Assembly: GCA_963755915.1 (NCBI GenBank)
Contig: CAVWLP010000003.1
Coordinates: 1 to 64,000, forward strand
Direction: 5' to 3'
DNA length: 64,000 nucleotides
Source of the DNA: an uncultured Phycisphaerales bacterium
GTDB lineage: Bacteria; Planctomycetota; Phycisphaerae; Tepidisphaerales; Tepidisphaeraceae
Under the pieces are notes generated by a model. That model was not told the origin of the DNA and did no database searches. It saw only the letters and a program-made list of their open reading frames with translations. This document shows positions 40,692 through 50,542 of this stretch, piece by piece. The translations under genes and the position numbers were made by a program. The first letter of the stretch is position 1. Every line of letters starts with the position of its first letter.

Positions 40692-42680
40692 TCAATGTTC
40701 ATGGCACCAACAAAGAAGCCGGATCAGGTATGCCCGATCCGGCTTCGTTCGCCATGTTTGAAGGCTTGAACTATGCCGCCGATGCCTGCTCGGTCGCCTC
40801 GCCTTCGGCTCATCCCGAAGGTTGGATGGCAGCCAAGCGTTGAACTTGGCGGCAACTTTGGCATCCTCCATACGGCCCTCGGCTGCCTCCGTAAACAGCT
40901 TGGCCAAGTCAGCAACCAACTCTGACTTCTTCTTGAGCTCCGCTGCTTTGGCATACACCGGACCACGCAACTCGCCGATCAGGTGCGCCAACTGAATCTT
41001 CTGGTATCCCGACAGCCAACGCTCATCGGGACGCCAGTAGCGGCGAATCTCCACGCCCAATTCCGATGCCAGACGCCAAACCAATTCGGTGCGGCGTTGC
41101 AGGTGGGCCGTGATGCACTCCACTGTAAGCAAGTCGATCAGTGCATCCAACTTCTTATCCGATAGCGCCTGGAAGGCGTCATAGGCGGCATGATCTTCGA
41201 CGTAATGCTTATCATGCAGCGGGTCCAACTCGGCTCGGCGTTTGCGGATTCCATCGAGAGCGGCGGACGTGAATCCTTCGGCATTGTCCGCATGAACCGT
41301 GCTGCCATTGGCGTCATGCCGGATGGCCAGCGCTTCGCTGCGCACCTTCTCATGCAGGATCAGGGCCAGAATCCGCCTGCGGGCTGTGGCATCTTTCAGC
41401 ACTGCTTCGCGCACGCCAAGCGCCTGATGGGTGAACGTCGTGGCAAGTTGAGCCTCTTTCAAGTCGTCCGATGTGGGCGGCTTGGGTGCCTCCGTCGAGC
41501 CGTGCCCGGCTTGACCGTTGCCGTTGCTGGATACGCCCTGACGTGTTCGCGGTACGCGATATTCTCGCCGGACCCGTCCATCGGGGTCGAGTAACAGGAA
41601 GGTTGTGCCAACCGCCTTGGTCGCCTCGGAATAGTGAACCTCGGCATCCTTGCTCACGGTCTGTTCCTCGTCGTCCAGCGCTTCCAGCTTCGTCTGAATC
41701 GCCTCGACCGCGCCTTGATCGGACTCGTCCAATTCCTCAAGCTTCGATTCCAGCTTGATCCGCTTGTCGGCCAGCTTCTTAAGTTTGGCCGTGGTCTGCT
41801 CATCATACTCCTGCGGAGCATCGGTCATCGCGTACAGCCGATCCTGCACGTCGGCCTGCGGGCCGACAATGACTTCGGCCCAACCGTCCTCGATCAGCGC
41901 TTGGCGCTGCGCCAGAAGCGCCTCGGCCTGCGCCTCCATGAACGCGCTGCGCTCCACCAACACGCGCTCGGCGAACAAGTCCCGGCTGACGGCGGTATCC
42001 GGGAGTTTGGATACATCGAACGTCGCGGATGCGGCGTCGATCCACGCATGGGCAATCACGTTGCGAACGTGCTGCGCATGTTGCGGGTTCCCGGCCAATT
42101 CCTGCCAGACTTCCAGTTGCCGATCTGGCGGGACGGACGCGAACGCCTCGGCGGTCGCGGTGTCGATTGCGCCCTGGCGGTATGCCGCTTTCACCGGCTC
42201 GGCCAGCGTCGCCAGCTTCATGCGCTGGCGCACATAGGGCTGGCTGACGCCAAACTCCGATGCGATGGATTCAACGCCCTTGGCTTCCTCACGCGCCAGT
42301 TTGGCAAAGGCTTCGGCTTCGTCCAGCGGGTGCATCGGCTCGCGGACAAAGTTTTCCGCCAGCGCCAAGGCGTCGGCGGTGTCGTCGTCCACGGAGCGCA
42401 AGACGCATAGCACCTTCGGCGGTCGGGGTGAATCCTTGTACACGTCGCGCAGCGCCGCCAGTCGGCGGTTGCCCGCGATCACCTTGAAATCGCCGGGGCT
42501 GGCGTCGTCGGCTCGGACCACCAGCGGGGCCAATAGTCCATGCGCCCGGATGGATGCCACCATGCGGCGGTGGGCATCCCGTTCCGGCTTGACGCGCCGG
42601 GGGTTCCGTTTGCTGGAAATCAGCTTAGACAGGGACACGGTAATCTGAACATCACGAGATTGGGAAAAACTGCGATTCAT
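40692..42680 (-). CDS. Large ParB/RepB/Spo0J-family protein (true stop probably near 40771 after an indel)
   Basis: NPRR, ASIRAHGLL.PLVVR, VIAGNRRL, AENFVRE.MHPLDEAEAF, HTH. Confidence 0.9.
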   Translation of the reverse strand: MNRSFSQSRDVQITVSLSKLISSKRNPRRVKPERDAHRRMVASIRAHGLLAPLVVRADDASPGDFKVIAGNRRLAALRDVYKDSPRPPKVLCVLRSVDDDTADALALAENFVREPMHPLDEAEAFAKLAREEAKGVESIASEFGVSQPYVRQRMKLATLAEPVKAAYRQGAIDTATAEAFASVPPDRQLEVWQELAGNPQHAQHVRNVIAHAWIDAASATFDVSKLPDTAVSRDLFAERVLVERSAFMEAQAEALLAQRQALIEDGWAEVIVGPQADVQDRLYAMTDAPQEYDEQTTAKLKKLADKRIKLESKLEELDESDQGAVEAIQTKLEALDDEEQTVSKDAEVHYSEATKAVGTTFLLLDPDGRVRREYRVPRTRQGVSSNGNGQAGHGSTEAPKPPTSDDLKEAQLATTFTHQALGVREAVLKDATARRRILALILHEKVRSEALAIRHDANGSTVHADNAEGFTSAALDGIRKRRAELDPLHDKHYVEDHAAYDAFQALSDKKLDALIDLLTVECITAHLQRRTELVWRLASELGVEIRRYWRPDERWLSGYQKIQLAHLIGELRGPVYAKAAELKKKSELVADLAKLFTEAAEGRMEDAKVAAKFNAWLPSNLRDEPKARRPSRHRRHSSSLQTWRTKPDRAYLIRLLCWCHEH
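40715..40746. terminator. Hairpin between convergent genes
   Basis: GAAGCCGGATC ... GATCCGGCTTC. Confidence 0.65.
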
Positions 42681-42738
42681 AAGTCACTCTTTCTTTCTTG
42701 GTTATTGGATTGAAATCAAACACCTCGGCCCACTTGGG

Positions 42739-43170
42739 CTAGATGGGAATCTCTTGACCCGCGCCCACAAGCTCGCCTTTCCTGCCGTTGCTGCGGCGCT
42801 TGCCGCGTCCGTTGCGTTCGGCGGGCTGGCTGGGGTCGGGCTTGCGGTCCACAAATCGGAACTGCTCGACGACCACGCGAATCTTGCTGCGCCGCTGGCC
42901 GTCCTCCTGTTCCCACTGCTCGAATTTGAGTCGGCCTTCGATGTGGATGGGTCGGCCCTTGGTCAAACTCTCACCGATGGTCTGCCCCGTCTTACCGAAG
43001 GCGGCGCAGTCGATGAATAACACTTCCTCCCGGTCTGCCCCGTCGGTGTCTTTCCACCGGCGGTTGACCGCCAGCGCGAAATCGCACACCACCGTCTGAC
43101 TCGGAAGCGTCTTAAGCTCCGGGTCGCGGGTGAGGTTGCCCATGAGGATCACTCTGTTGTAGCTGGCCAT
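42739..43170 (-). CDS. ssb: Single-stranded DNA-binding protein
   Basis: NRVILMGNLTRDPELK, LAVNR, KGR.IHIEGRL...W. Confidence 0.96.
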   Translation of the reverse strand: MASYNRVILMGNLTRDPELKTLPSQTVVCDFALAVNRRWKDTDGADREEVLFIDCAAFGKTGQTIGESLTKGRPIHIEGRLKFEQWEQEDGQRRSKIRVVVEQFRFVDRKPDPSQPAERNGRGKRRSNGRKGELVGAGQEIPI

Positions 43171-43281
43171 GATGAATCTCCTTTGTATGTGTATGGCCTA
43201 TTTGGGCGGCGTCACATTGACAACCGCTCCCCAGCCCGCCCCGGCTCTTTCTGCACCGGGACGGGTTCGGGGAGGGGTCGC

Positions 43282-44289
43282 CTACAGAACGCCCGCCAGT
43301 TCAAGCGCTCCGCGATACGCAGCCTGCTTGAATTGATGGGATTGGCCGAACCAGACTGAATCGAGTTGCCTATCCAGCTTGTCGGCGGATGACGCGCCGC
43401 GATACTTCCGCTGGTGGTCCGCCCATTCGCTCACGGCGTTGTACGCGCCCCATGCCGTGTGCTTCACGCCGGGAAGCGTGTTGCGGTCGTTATCGAAGTT
43501 GTCGAGCATTTGCCCGAACACCTTCTCGCGGGTTTTCTTCTGCCGATCTGTGCCATGTGGAAGGTCCGCCCCAGTCAACCCCCGGAAATATCCGCCCGCC
43601 TCGGTTACGCTCAGTTCCTTGGCAAGCATGGCATGCAGTTCATCATCAAACTTGTCGAACCGGGCGGCGATGATGCCCAGCTTCGCCCGCGCCTCGGCAA
43701 TCCGGCTCTCAAGCCGGGGATGATGGGAAATCGTCAATCCCTCCACGCCCGATTCCCGCAAGGCCAGATTCAATGTGTTCTGGCATACCACGCGCACCGT
43801 CGTCGGAATCATCCGAAGCGCCTGGCTTCCGTCGTGGGTGTTGGTGAGCAAGACATACGGCTTAATCAGGTCATCCGGCCCGGCCCGATACTCTTTGGGA
43901 ATGCTCGCCATCATCCACACGCGCTTGCCACCGTGCAGACTGCCCGCCGTTTCGTACATGGCGAGCTTGTCGCCCACTAATCCATCCATGAAGTCGAAAG
44001 CTTCATGGTTCTGGAACACCCGATAGCGCCGTCCAACCACACCCAACACCGCCTTGGTATCGGTGCGGACATTCGCCACCGTGTCCGGTATGCCCGCCTC
44101 TATCGTGTTATTGTCCGGGTCGAAAGCCCGGACCGGCCATTGCTCGACGCGCCAATCCAGCCCGGCCAGTTGAATCGCCTCGGCGCTGGTGGTCGCCTGC
44201 TCGATCACCGTGCCCAAGCGATGCCAAGCAGGCTCGCCGGTCACAAACACTGCCGCTCGTCCCGTCGTCTGGTCGATCTCGTGTGCCAT
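43282..44289 (-). CDS. DUF932 phage/plasmid-like protein
   Basis: MAHEI, PAWHRLG, AGLDW.V, QN.EAFDF, ETAGSL.GG, HDGS, VRVVCQNTL, TAWGAYNAV.E..DH. Confidence 0.92.
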   Translation of the reverse strand: MAHEIDQTTGRAAVFVTGEPAWHRLGTVIEQATTSAEAIQLAGLDWRVEQWPVRAFDPDNNTIEAGIPDTVANVRTDTKAVLGVVGRRYRVFQNHEAFDFMDGLVGDKLAMYETAGSLHGGKRVWMMASIPKEYRAGPDDLIKPYVLLTNTHDGSQALRMIPTTVRVVCQNTLNLALRESGVEGLTISHHPRLESRIAEARAKLGIIAARFDKFDDELHAMLAKELSVTEAGGYFRGLTGADLPHGTDRQKKTREKVFGQMLDNFDNDRNTLPGVKHTAWGAYNAVSEWADHQRKYRGASSADKLDRQLDSVWFGQSHQFKQAAYRGALELAGVL

Positions 44290-44804
44290 GACAGCACCTC
44301 CCGAAAAGGAAGAAAACTCCAAACCGGGATGGCTTAGGCCCACAAAGGCCCAAGCAATTTTTTGACCTCCCGGCTTCGAAAGAAGCGGCCGGGAGGTCTA
44401 AAAAAGAGAAATCCTTCCTGCTGGCGACGGGAATTCGAGTGGAGCGGACGAAGGGCATGCCACGCGCAGGCCCGCAGCACCTGTACTCGGGTGTGAGGAG
44501 CCGAGCATGGCAAGCGCAGCGGTGACCTTTCGATAGCGCAGCGAGCAACAGGCTGTAGGCCCGCTGCCGCCGCCGCTTGCGGCCTTCAGCAATTCAGCGG
44601 GCCTACCTTCCCCCCATGTTCCCGGCGCCATCCTTATTGCTTCCGACAGCAATCACACCGGATTTAGGCCAAGGAGTGGGGGTGCGGGGGCGAGGAACGG
44701 CCCGGAGGGCCTCGCCCCTGCGTCTGCGTCCTCTTCAAGAATGTGAAAAGGAACGGGGAAGCAATACATACGTCGCTCCCGACAGAACGGGTAAACTTTT
44801 GCCT

Positions 44805-45446
44805 ATGAATCAAACCGAAATGCAACCGACCGTAGCAATCGCGCTTCCAAACGATCAGATGCCCGAAGTTGAAGTAATGCTCCGGCTTGCGTTTTATCTT
44901 CTTTCGCTGGAAGACAGCGCAGACGAATGCACGATAACACCGGATTGTCAGCACGTCGAAAGTGCGGGCCGCGCTATTTTCCCGCTTGTCGAATTTTTGT
45001 CGCAAGAGGGCTGGAAGCTAATCGAAGGGCGCGGGAACGAGCCGTGGGAGGGAGTATACCCAAGGGATGGCAAGCGCCTCATTATCGTCGCGACGCCAAG
45101 CCATGCAGATGTGTTCATTCGCATAGATAAGCGACTAATTCGTGCGGAGTGCAAGAAGGGGCCGTTGGTTAAGCGCCCCGGAAGTCCCGAACGTTCGATC
45201 ATGCACAAACTGATTGGCCAGTTGATGATGAGCAAGGCGATCGAACCGGATGAGTGGCTACTCGCCGCAGTCCCCAACACAGAGCGCTTTCGAAAGCTCG
45301 TCGCATCGTGCCGGGCCGGTGACCGACTCAAACCGACGGGAATCACGTTTGTCCTCGTGGGCCGTGATGGATCGGTTGAGGGCTTCGCGTCGCCGGCAAC
45401 CAGCAAACGTTCTGTCATAATGGCAACGAAATCGGCGGCAGTTTGA
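44805..45446 (+). CDS. Hypothetical protein, possible PD-(D/E)xK nuclease fold
   Basis: HADV...IRAECKKG...LIGQLM pattern. Confidence 0.55.
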   Translation: MNQTEMQPTVAIALPNDQMPEVEVMLRLAFYLLSLEDSADECTITPDCQHVESAGRAIFPLVEFLSQEGWKLIEGRGNEPWEGVYPRDGKRLIIVATPSHADVFIRIDKRLIRAECKKGPLVKRPGSPERSIMHKLIGQLMMSKAIEPDEWLLAAVPNTERFRKLVASCRAGDRLKPTGITFVLVGRDGSVEGFASPATSKRSVIMATKSAAV

Positions 45447-45505
45447 GATCCAGAATTTCCTTGCGCAGCCGCGTGCAAAAGCGTGCGTTGGAATGGCCAT
45501 GAGAT

Positions 45506-46551
45506 TCACGGCCATGGAGTCAGAGCCAAGGTATTGGCCAGCGTTGTTGGGCTTGAACTACCGGGCCATTTGGCAGAATTTCGTAGAAGGCCGTGTCGGC
45601 GTGGTGCCGTCGGACTGGTCGTCCAGTCAAAGATCACGACGCCAAGCCAGCGGTCTATGCCAGGCATAGCCGCCAGCGTCGGATCAGTATCGAGACCTGG
45701 TAGCAGCAGTTGCAAATCCCTCGGCTTTACGTCGGCGGTCCCTGAATTGGGCGGGCGGACGTATACGATGATGAACTCGCCGTTGGATTTCGCTGCTTGC
45801 GCAGCTTTGCTGATTACATGACCACACACGACATTCCGAATCGAGTTGGCGCGGGCAAGCACGCTGGTAACGCTGACATTCATCGACGAGCCAGTAGCAG
45901 CACGTAAACTGACACGGATCGTGGTGTTCCCCAACGTCAGCGGAATTGGCGTGGGCGGATACGCGTTGTTTGTGGATAAAATATTCTGAAACGTCGCGAC
46001 CATTGCTGTTTTCGCCGGTCCCAAATTCTCCTGCGTCACCGGACCGCTGGTGTCGAATTCGATTTCTGATTTGGGCAGGCCGTTTGCGCTACACCAGGCG
46101 GTGACAATCGGAGATAGCGCGTTCTCCAGCAGGCGAAGGCCCACATTCGCGGCGTTCTTCACGTCGAAGGCGATTGGCTGATTGGCTGCATTAACATCCA
46201 GTAGCCGGCCCTCAAACGGCGGGGTTGTGCCAGGGACCGAAGGAGGCCAACCGATGCAATCCAATTGCCCATCCTGCTCTAATCGAGAGAAGGCCAGCAA
46301 CTCGGTCATCGCCGCCTGCCACTTCCCTTCCGTGGCGCCGAATGCGTCTCTGATTTGCGCCGTCAATGCCGCTGGAGAGAACGGGGGCAACAGGACGCCC
46401 AAGTTGTGCCAAGCGTCGGAATGTCGTGAAAATGAGGATAGCCGGGGTAGAGCGCCGTCGCCATGTAGCTTGCCTGCAACGGGGGAAGGTTCGCAATTGC
46501 GGAATAGGCTGCGGCGAGCGATGGAAATTGAGCGAGTTGTTGTGGCGTCAT
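45506..46551 (-). CDS. Hypothetical protein (frameshift near 46410), possible PD-(D/E)xK fold
   Basis: Long ORF; MTELL...PFEG...IAFDVK. Confidence 0.5.
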
Positions 46552-46658
46552 CGTGTATCTGGTGCCGTTTCTGCGCAGATTATATTCCGTTTGGCGAAAC
46601 AAAGTAACCCGGCCGGTGAACGGTGCCCGGCCGGGCTTGAGAAGTTATTGCGATCGAA

Positions 46659-46934
46659 TCAGGCGGCGGGTTGCTCCTGCCGCTGCTCGCGATTTTCACC
46701 GAGCAATTGCATCACGCGGGTGTGTGTGGCGTCCGCGACCTTCATCAGCACCAGCAGGTCGTCGCGGCCGAAACTGGTTGTGCTCAGCCACTTGCCCTCC
46801 TCGGTGCGGTAGAGACGTTGGAAGGTGACATTGAAGCGCGGGCCGCTTTCGCCTTCGTTCCTCCAGATTGCGGCTTTGATGCTGCCGATGCGGATTTCCT
46901 CGACCGGTTGCACTTTGTTCTGTTTCTTCGCCAT
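46659..46934 (-). CDS. Conserved small mobile-element protein; paralog of 5072-5437
   Basis: IRIGSIKAAIWRN...NVTFQRLY...W....SFGRDDLLVL; AAGGAG Shine-Dalgarno. Confidence 0.75.
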   Translation of the reverse strand: MAKKQNKVQPVEEIRIGSIKAAIWRNEGESGPRFNVTFQRLYRTEEGKWLSTTSFGRDDLLVLMKVADATHTRVMQLLGENREQRQEQPAA

Positions 46935-47681
46935 GACAGTTGCTCCTTTCAAAGGGTTCGTGTTGGTCCGTTCTTTGGACACGCAGCGACGGATCAACAT
47001 GAATCCGCAGGAGCAATGGCCGGAGGGGACGAGGACCGCGCCGGGAGTCCAAGGCTAGCGAGGGCGCTGTGACGGAGGGATTTTTCTTTGCGCAGCAAAC
47101 CCACCGGGGCGAAGAGCGAAAAATCCGGACGGCACAAGCCGTTGCAATGCCGCAGGGCGCAGCCCGATGGACGACTAGAGCGGGCGGCGGCCCCGCGGGT
47201 GGCTTGGCGAAAGACACGGAACAATGCGGCATGGTCGGATTATCCGCGAGCGGCAGTTCTTCAAGCATTCAGGATGGATGAAGGCCGGAGCGTCCCACGA
47301 GCGTCATCATTCATCGGTCCGCAACGAGAATTGCGATGTGGTGCATCGACGTTCGGCCAGGACTCCGGCGCGATGATGGTCGCTGGCGGCAGATCAACTT
47401 GGATGTAGGCCGGTTGCGCGTTGAAGCGGCTGGATCGGACGACGCGATCGATCGCGACTTCTCAGGCCCGGCAGGCTTTACAACGGATTGGATACAAACC
47501 GGCAATGCATCGGTCGTCGGTGAGAACGCGCATAAAAAAACATCGGCGGTTGAAGAAGGGGGGGAACCTTCTTCGGGGAATACCGCCAATGCAGCAGAAA
47601 CTATGCCCCGGATTCGTTGAAGATGCAAATACAATTGATCGTTGCGACACCCACGATCCTGGAGATTACTGAGGCAAAAGA

Positions 47682-48235
47682 TCACCAGGTAATCAATGGA
47701 CATCTGACAGACAGGATTTCGCGCCGTTGGATCGGGCCGTAGCAACGGCTGTCGAAGCTATTGGGAATGCGAGCAGAGAAAACAAAGAATTCATCGTCGG
47801 CAAGACGCCTACGGGCTCGCCAGATGGGAAGCGGGCGATGAGCGCTATCTTCTCGTGGAGGCATTGGCGCAATCCGCTTGTCGTTGACGACAAGCCAGTC
47901 TCCAAGTGTATCAATCCGATCTCCAGGGCCAGCGATTATGGGCTTGAGAATGTACCAGTCGTCGCCGTTGTTTCCGGTACGTCCGCGTACATAACCCCGC
48001 GCCGCCGGCGGAATGCAGAAGTCCACAAGTTTGCCGACGGCCGGTTCTTTCGAAGAACGCAAATACAGGCCGGGTGCGACGCTCGGCGATGTGTTGATGA
48101 CGATCACGTGCCGGCCGACGACGGTTGGAAGGATTGCCCATGCCGCAATGAATCCGAATACGATTCGCTTGAGCCACCGTCGCGCCCGCTAAAACCGGGA
48201 ATGAAAGCGACGATTGAATTCAGTCGGTTGGGCAT
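47682..48235 (-). CDS. traF: S26 signal peptidase TraF-like (5' frameshift)
   Basis: INTSPSVAPGLY, LKPIIA.PGD, RPLP.W, SFDSRCYGPI. Confidence 0.88.
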
Positions 48236-48240
48236 CGAAT

Positions 48241-48716
48241 TCATTCGGCAGTCGAGGAGTCCGCGAGCAACGGATGCAGCAGAATTTTATGCGCTGCCTC
48301 GGTCCAGAATGACGGTGGCAATTGCTCCAACTTCTTGCCGCGGCGCTTCAGGTCTTCAATAAGATCAAGAAGACAATCGACCGCGCCATCCTGGCCTGCC
48401 GGCCCGTGTTGATCAGCGATCGCATGGACGGCAACAGGGGCATGGATACTCGGCAGTTCGTGGCCCGGTTGATCTGCCGCAAGTGCCTGAACAATTGCGA
48501 CCGCGCGATGCTGACGGTCATTTCCATACCGACGCCACCAAACCACGCCGAAGATTTGGCCTGGGCGGAAGTGGTACACGCCGCGCCCATTGCGCCCGTC
48601 GTGATGAAGCGTGGGCACCCCGAAACAAAGGCTGTCCAGCCGACGATGGGAAACGTAGCGAGAAACGAATCGGGTTAAGCTGACAGGTGCAAAATCTGCC
48701 TCCTTCTCTGTTGCAT
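48241..48716 (-). CDS. DUF2840-like protein (start uncertain)
   Basis: FRPGQIFGVVWW, AIVQA, V..LLDLIEDL...P..FW; canonical position upstream of traF. Confidence 0.65.
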
Positions 48717-48760
48717 TCCAATGAACCGAACATTATACTAACAATCGGTCTGAGTCAAGA

Positions 48761-48842
48761 TCAAAATGTCTATTTTGAATCCATTTTGAATCTGTTCTCA
48801 GTTGTTTTTGGATTGACGGATGCTATGGCGCTGGCATTTAAT
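48761..48842. promoter_or_regulatory. Divergent promoter region with palindrome/direct repeat
   Basis: TCAAAAT-gtct-ATTTTGA; ATTTTGAATC twice; TTGACG (48813) and TTTAAT (48837). Confidence 0.45.
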
Positions 48843-48848
48843 ATGGCG

Positions 48849-49565
48849 ATGAATCGCGCATCACGAACCGTAATGGTTACTGGCGAGCGTCTGGCCGCGC
48901 TCTGGCGAGAATCGGCGATGTCACAGGAATCGTTCGCGCATGCCATCGGGATGAAGCGATCCGGGTTCCTCCGCCTGATGCAGCCGGGCGAACATGGAAT
49001 GTTCACCGACAACTTCCGACGAATGGCTGACGCTGTTGGCGTTACACCGAACGAATTACGCAGCCGAATTGGACCGGATGGAAAAGTTGACCTTGACCTC
49101 GATGGTATTGCATCCGCACCGCTTTCTCGCGTCGGCCGCGGTATGTCGGGAGTGTCGGGCCCCGCGCATCCACTCCAAGGAATCACACGATTTCACGGAA
49201 TCAGCGCCGGGGCGCGCCTGGAACGGCTTCCCTTGGAACAGGGAACCGTCAAGGTTCCGGAGGATTTTGGTGAGTTCGCCGTGCGTGTCGATGGCGAGTC
49301 GATGGAACCTGAATATCCGAACAATGCCGTAGCGCTGTTTGAAAGCGTAGCGGGACAGCAATTCACCTTTGGGAAGGATTACATCATCTGGTTCGGCAAC
49401 GGCGAGTGCTATTTCAGTCGGGTCGTCGAAAGTGACGACGACCGCGACGTGCTTCTGCTCCAAAAGATCAATCCGGATCGGGAACGGTTTCCCGACCGGA
49501 CGGTTCATCGACGCGAAATCGAACGGGTCGCCCTGTGCGTGGGGGTGCTGATCCGCAAGAAGTGA
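48849..49565 (+). CDS. XRE-HTH plus S24 (LexA/cI-like) regulator
   Basis: MSQESFAHAIGM HTH; ISAG; VRVDGESMEPEY; INP. Confidence 0.85.
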   Translation: MNRASRTVMVTGERLAALWRESAMSQESFAHAIGMKRSGFLRLMQPGEHGMFTDNFRRMADAVGVTPNELRSRIGPDGKVDLDLDGIASAPLSRVGRGMSGVSGPAHPLQGITRFHGISAGARLERLPLEQGTVKVPEDFGEFAVRVDGESMEPEYPNNAVALFESVAGQQFTFGKDYIIWFGNGECYFSRVVESDDDRDVLLLQKINPDRERFPDRTVHRREIERVALCVGVLIRKK

Positions 49566-49587
49566 TCGTGCTAACAAGGAAAAGACG

Positions 49588-50457
49588 ATGTCGAAGCTCA
49601 CACAATGGCTCGACCATCGCATGGAGGTGGTGGGACTGAATCGGTGGAAGGATCTGTCAGAATACTCGGGCATTTGCCATCAAACGATCCGGGACATGAA
49701 TACCTGCGGCTCGCTGCTGGTGCTCAGCCGCTCTGACCGGCGCTCGCTGGCCGCGGCTTTGCGCGTCTCGCTGCGCAAATTGGAACAGCTTGACGCCGGG
49801 CAACTCGACTGGATCGAGGACAAGTACGTTTATGACGTTGGAGTCGTGGGACGTCCAACCCCGTCACAGGAAAGCGATCCGGCCTACTGGGTTCCAAAGG
49901 AAGCCAAGGCCGAAGATCGCGGTACGCCGCTGATCGGGAGAATTCGGGCGAGTGGCAAGGCCGAACCTGATGAGGACTGGCAAGAGGAATTGGGGAGGCA
50001 CATCCCGCAACGATTTGGAAAAGGCCACGACATTTACGGCTTGGAACTTGATGCAACCAGGCAATCGGTCGTGTTGCGGAACATCCCTTTGTGGGAATTC
50101 CGGGAAGGAATGGCCGCCGTGTACTGCTGGAATGGCTGGGAAGCCGAAGGTTGGTTTGGACGCGTTTATCTGCAAGCCACCAAGGCGCGCGTGGTGACGT
50201 CGAATGGAGAGCGACACGACTTGGACCTGGCTAGCGTTGTGCGGATAGGAAAGCTTGTTGGGCATTGGCCGCTGTCCGACTCATGGGCACGAAATTGCAC
50301 CCGCGCGGGGAAGAATAGGGGAGCCGAACCACGTACTTCTTTGATATCTTGGGCATGGCAAACCTTCCTTGGTTATGCCATTGACGTTACCCTAAATTCG
50401 AAGCGTGACAATGCACTAGTCAGGCCTTCGACCATCGGGTTCTCAACCCGGCAGTAG
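49588..50457 (+). CDS. Degenerate HTH/S24-like regulator (3' end may be extended by an indel)
   Basis: WKDLSEYSGICHQTIR HTH-like, PLIGRIRASG, IYGLEL, VVRIGKLVG. Confidence 0.55.
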   Translation: MSKLTQWLDHRMEVVGLNRWKDLSEYSGICHQTIRDMNTCGSLLVLSRSDRRSLAAALRVSLRKLEQLDAGQLDWIEDKYVYDVGVVGRPTPSQESDPAYWVPKEAKAEDRGTPLIGRIRASGKAEPDEDWQEELGRHIPQRFGKGHDIYGLELDATRQSVVLRNIPLWEFREGMAAVYCWNGWEAEGWFGRVYLQATKARVVTSNGERHDLDLASVVRIGKLVGHWPLSDSWARNCTRAGKNRGAEPRTSLISWAWQTFLGYAIDVTLNSKRDNALVRPSTIGFSTRQ

Positions 50458-50542
50458 CGAAAGATGCTGTGATGCGCTCGCCGTCGGCGAACGATGCTTC
50501 CTCGATGAGGAAGGGATTGGCTTTTCGAAAACTCTACGTCTG

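Larger units (their letters stand above)
30773..50457. mobile_element. ICE backbone (integrase, relaxase, coupling protein, leading region); right boundary not seen
   Basis: att + int + xis-like + trbB/traG/virD2 + parB/ssb/DUF932 + traF/DUF2840. Confidence 0.85.

Noticed and set aside
47311-47703. ORF downstream of traF as a lytic transglycosylase or other transfer gene
   Set aside because: No recognisable motifs; coding status unsupported.
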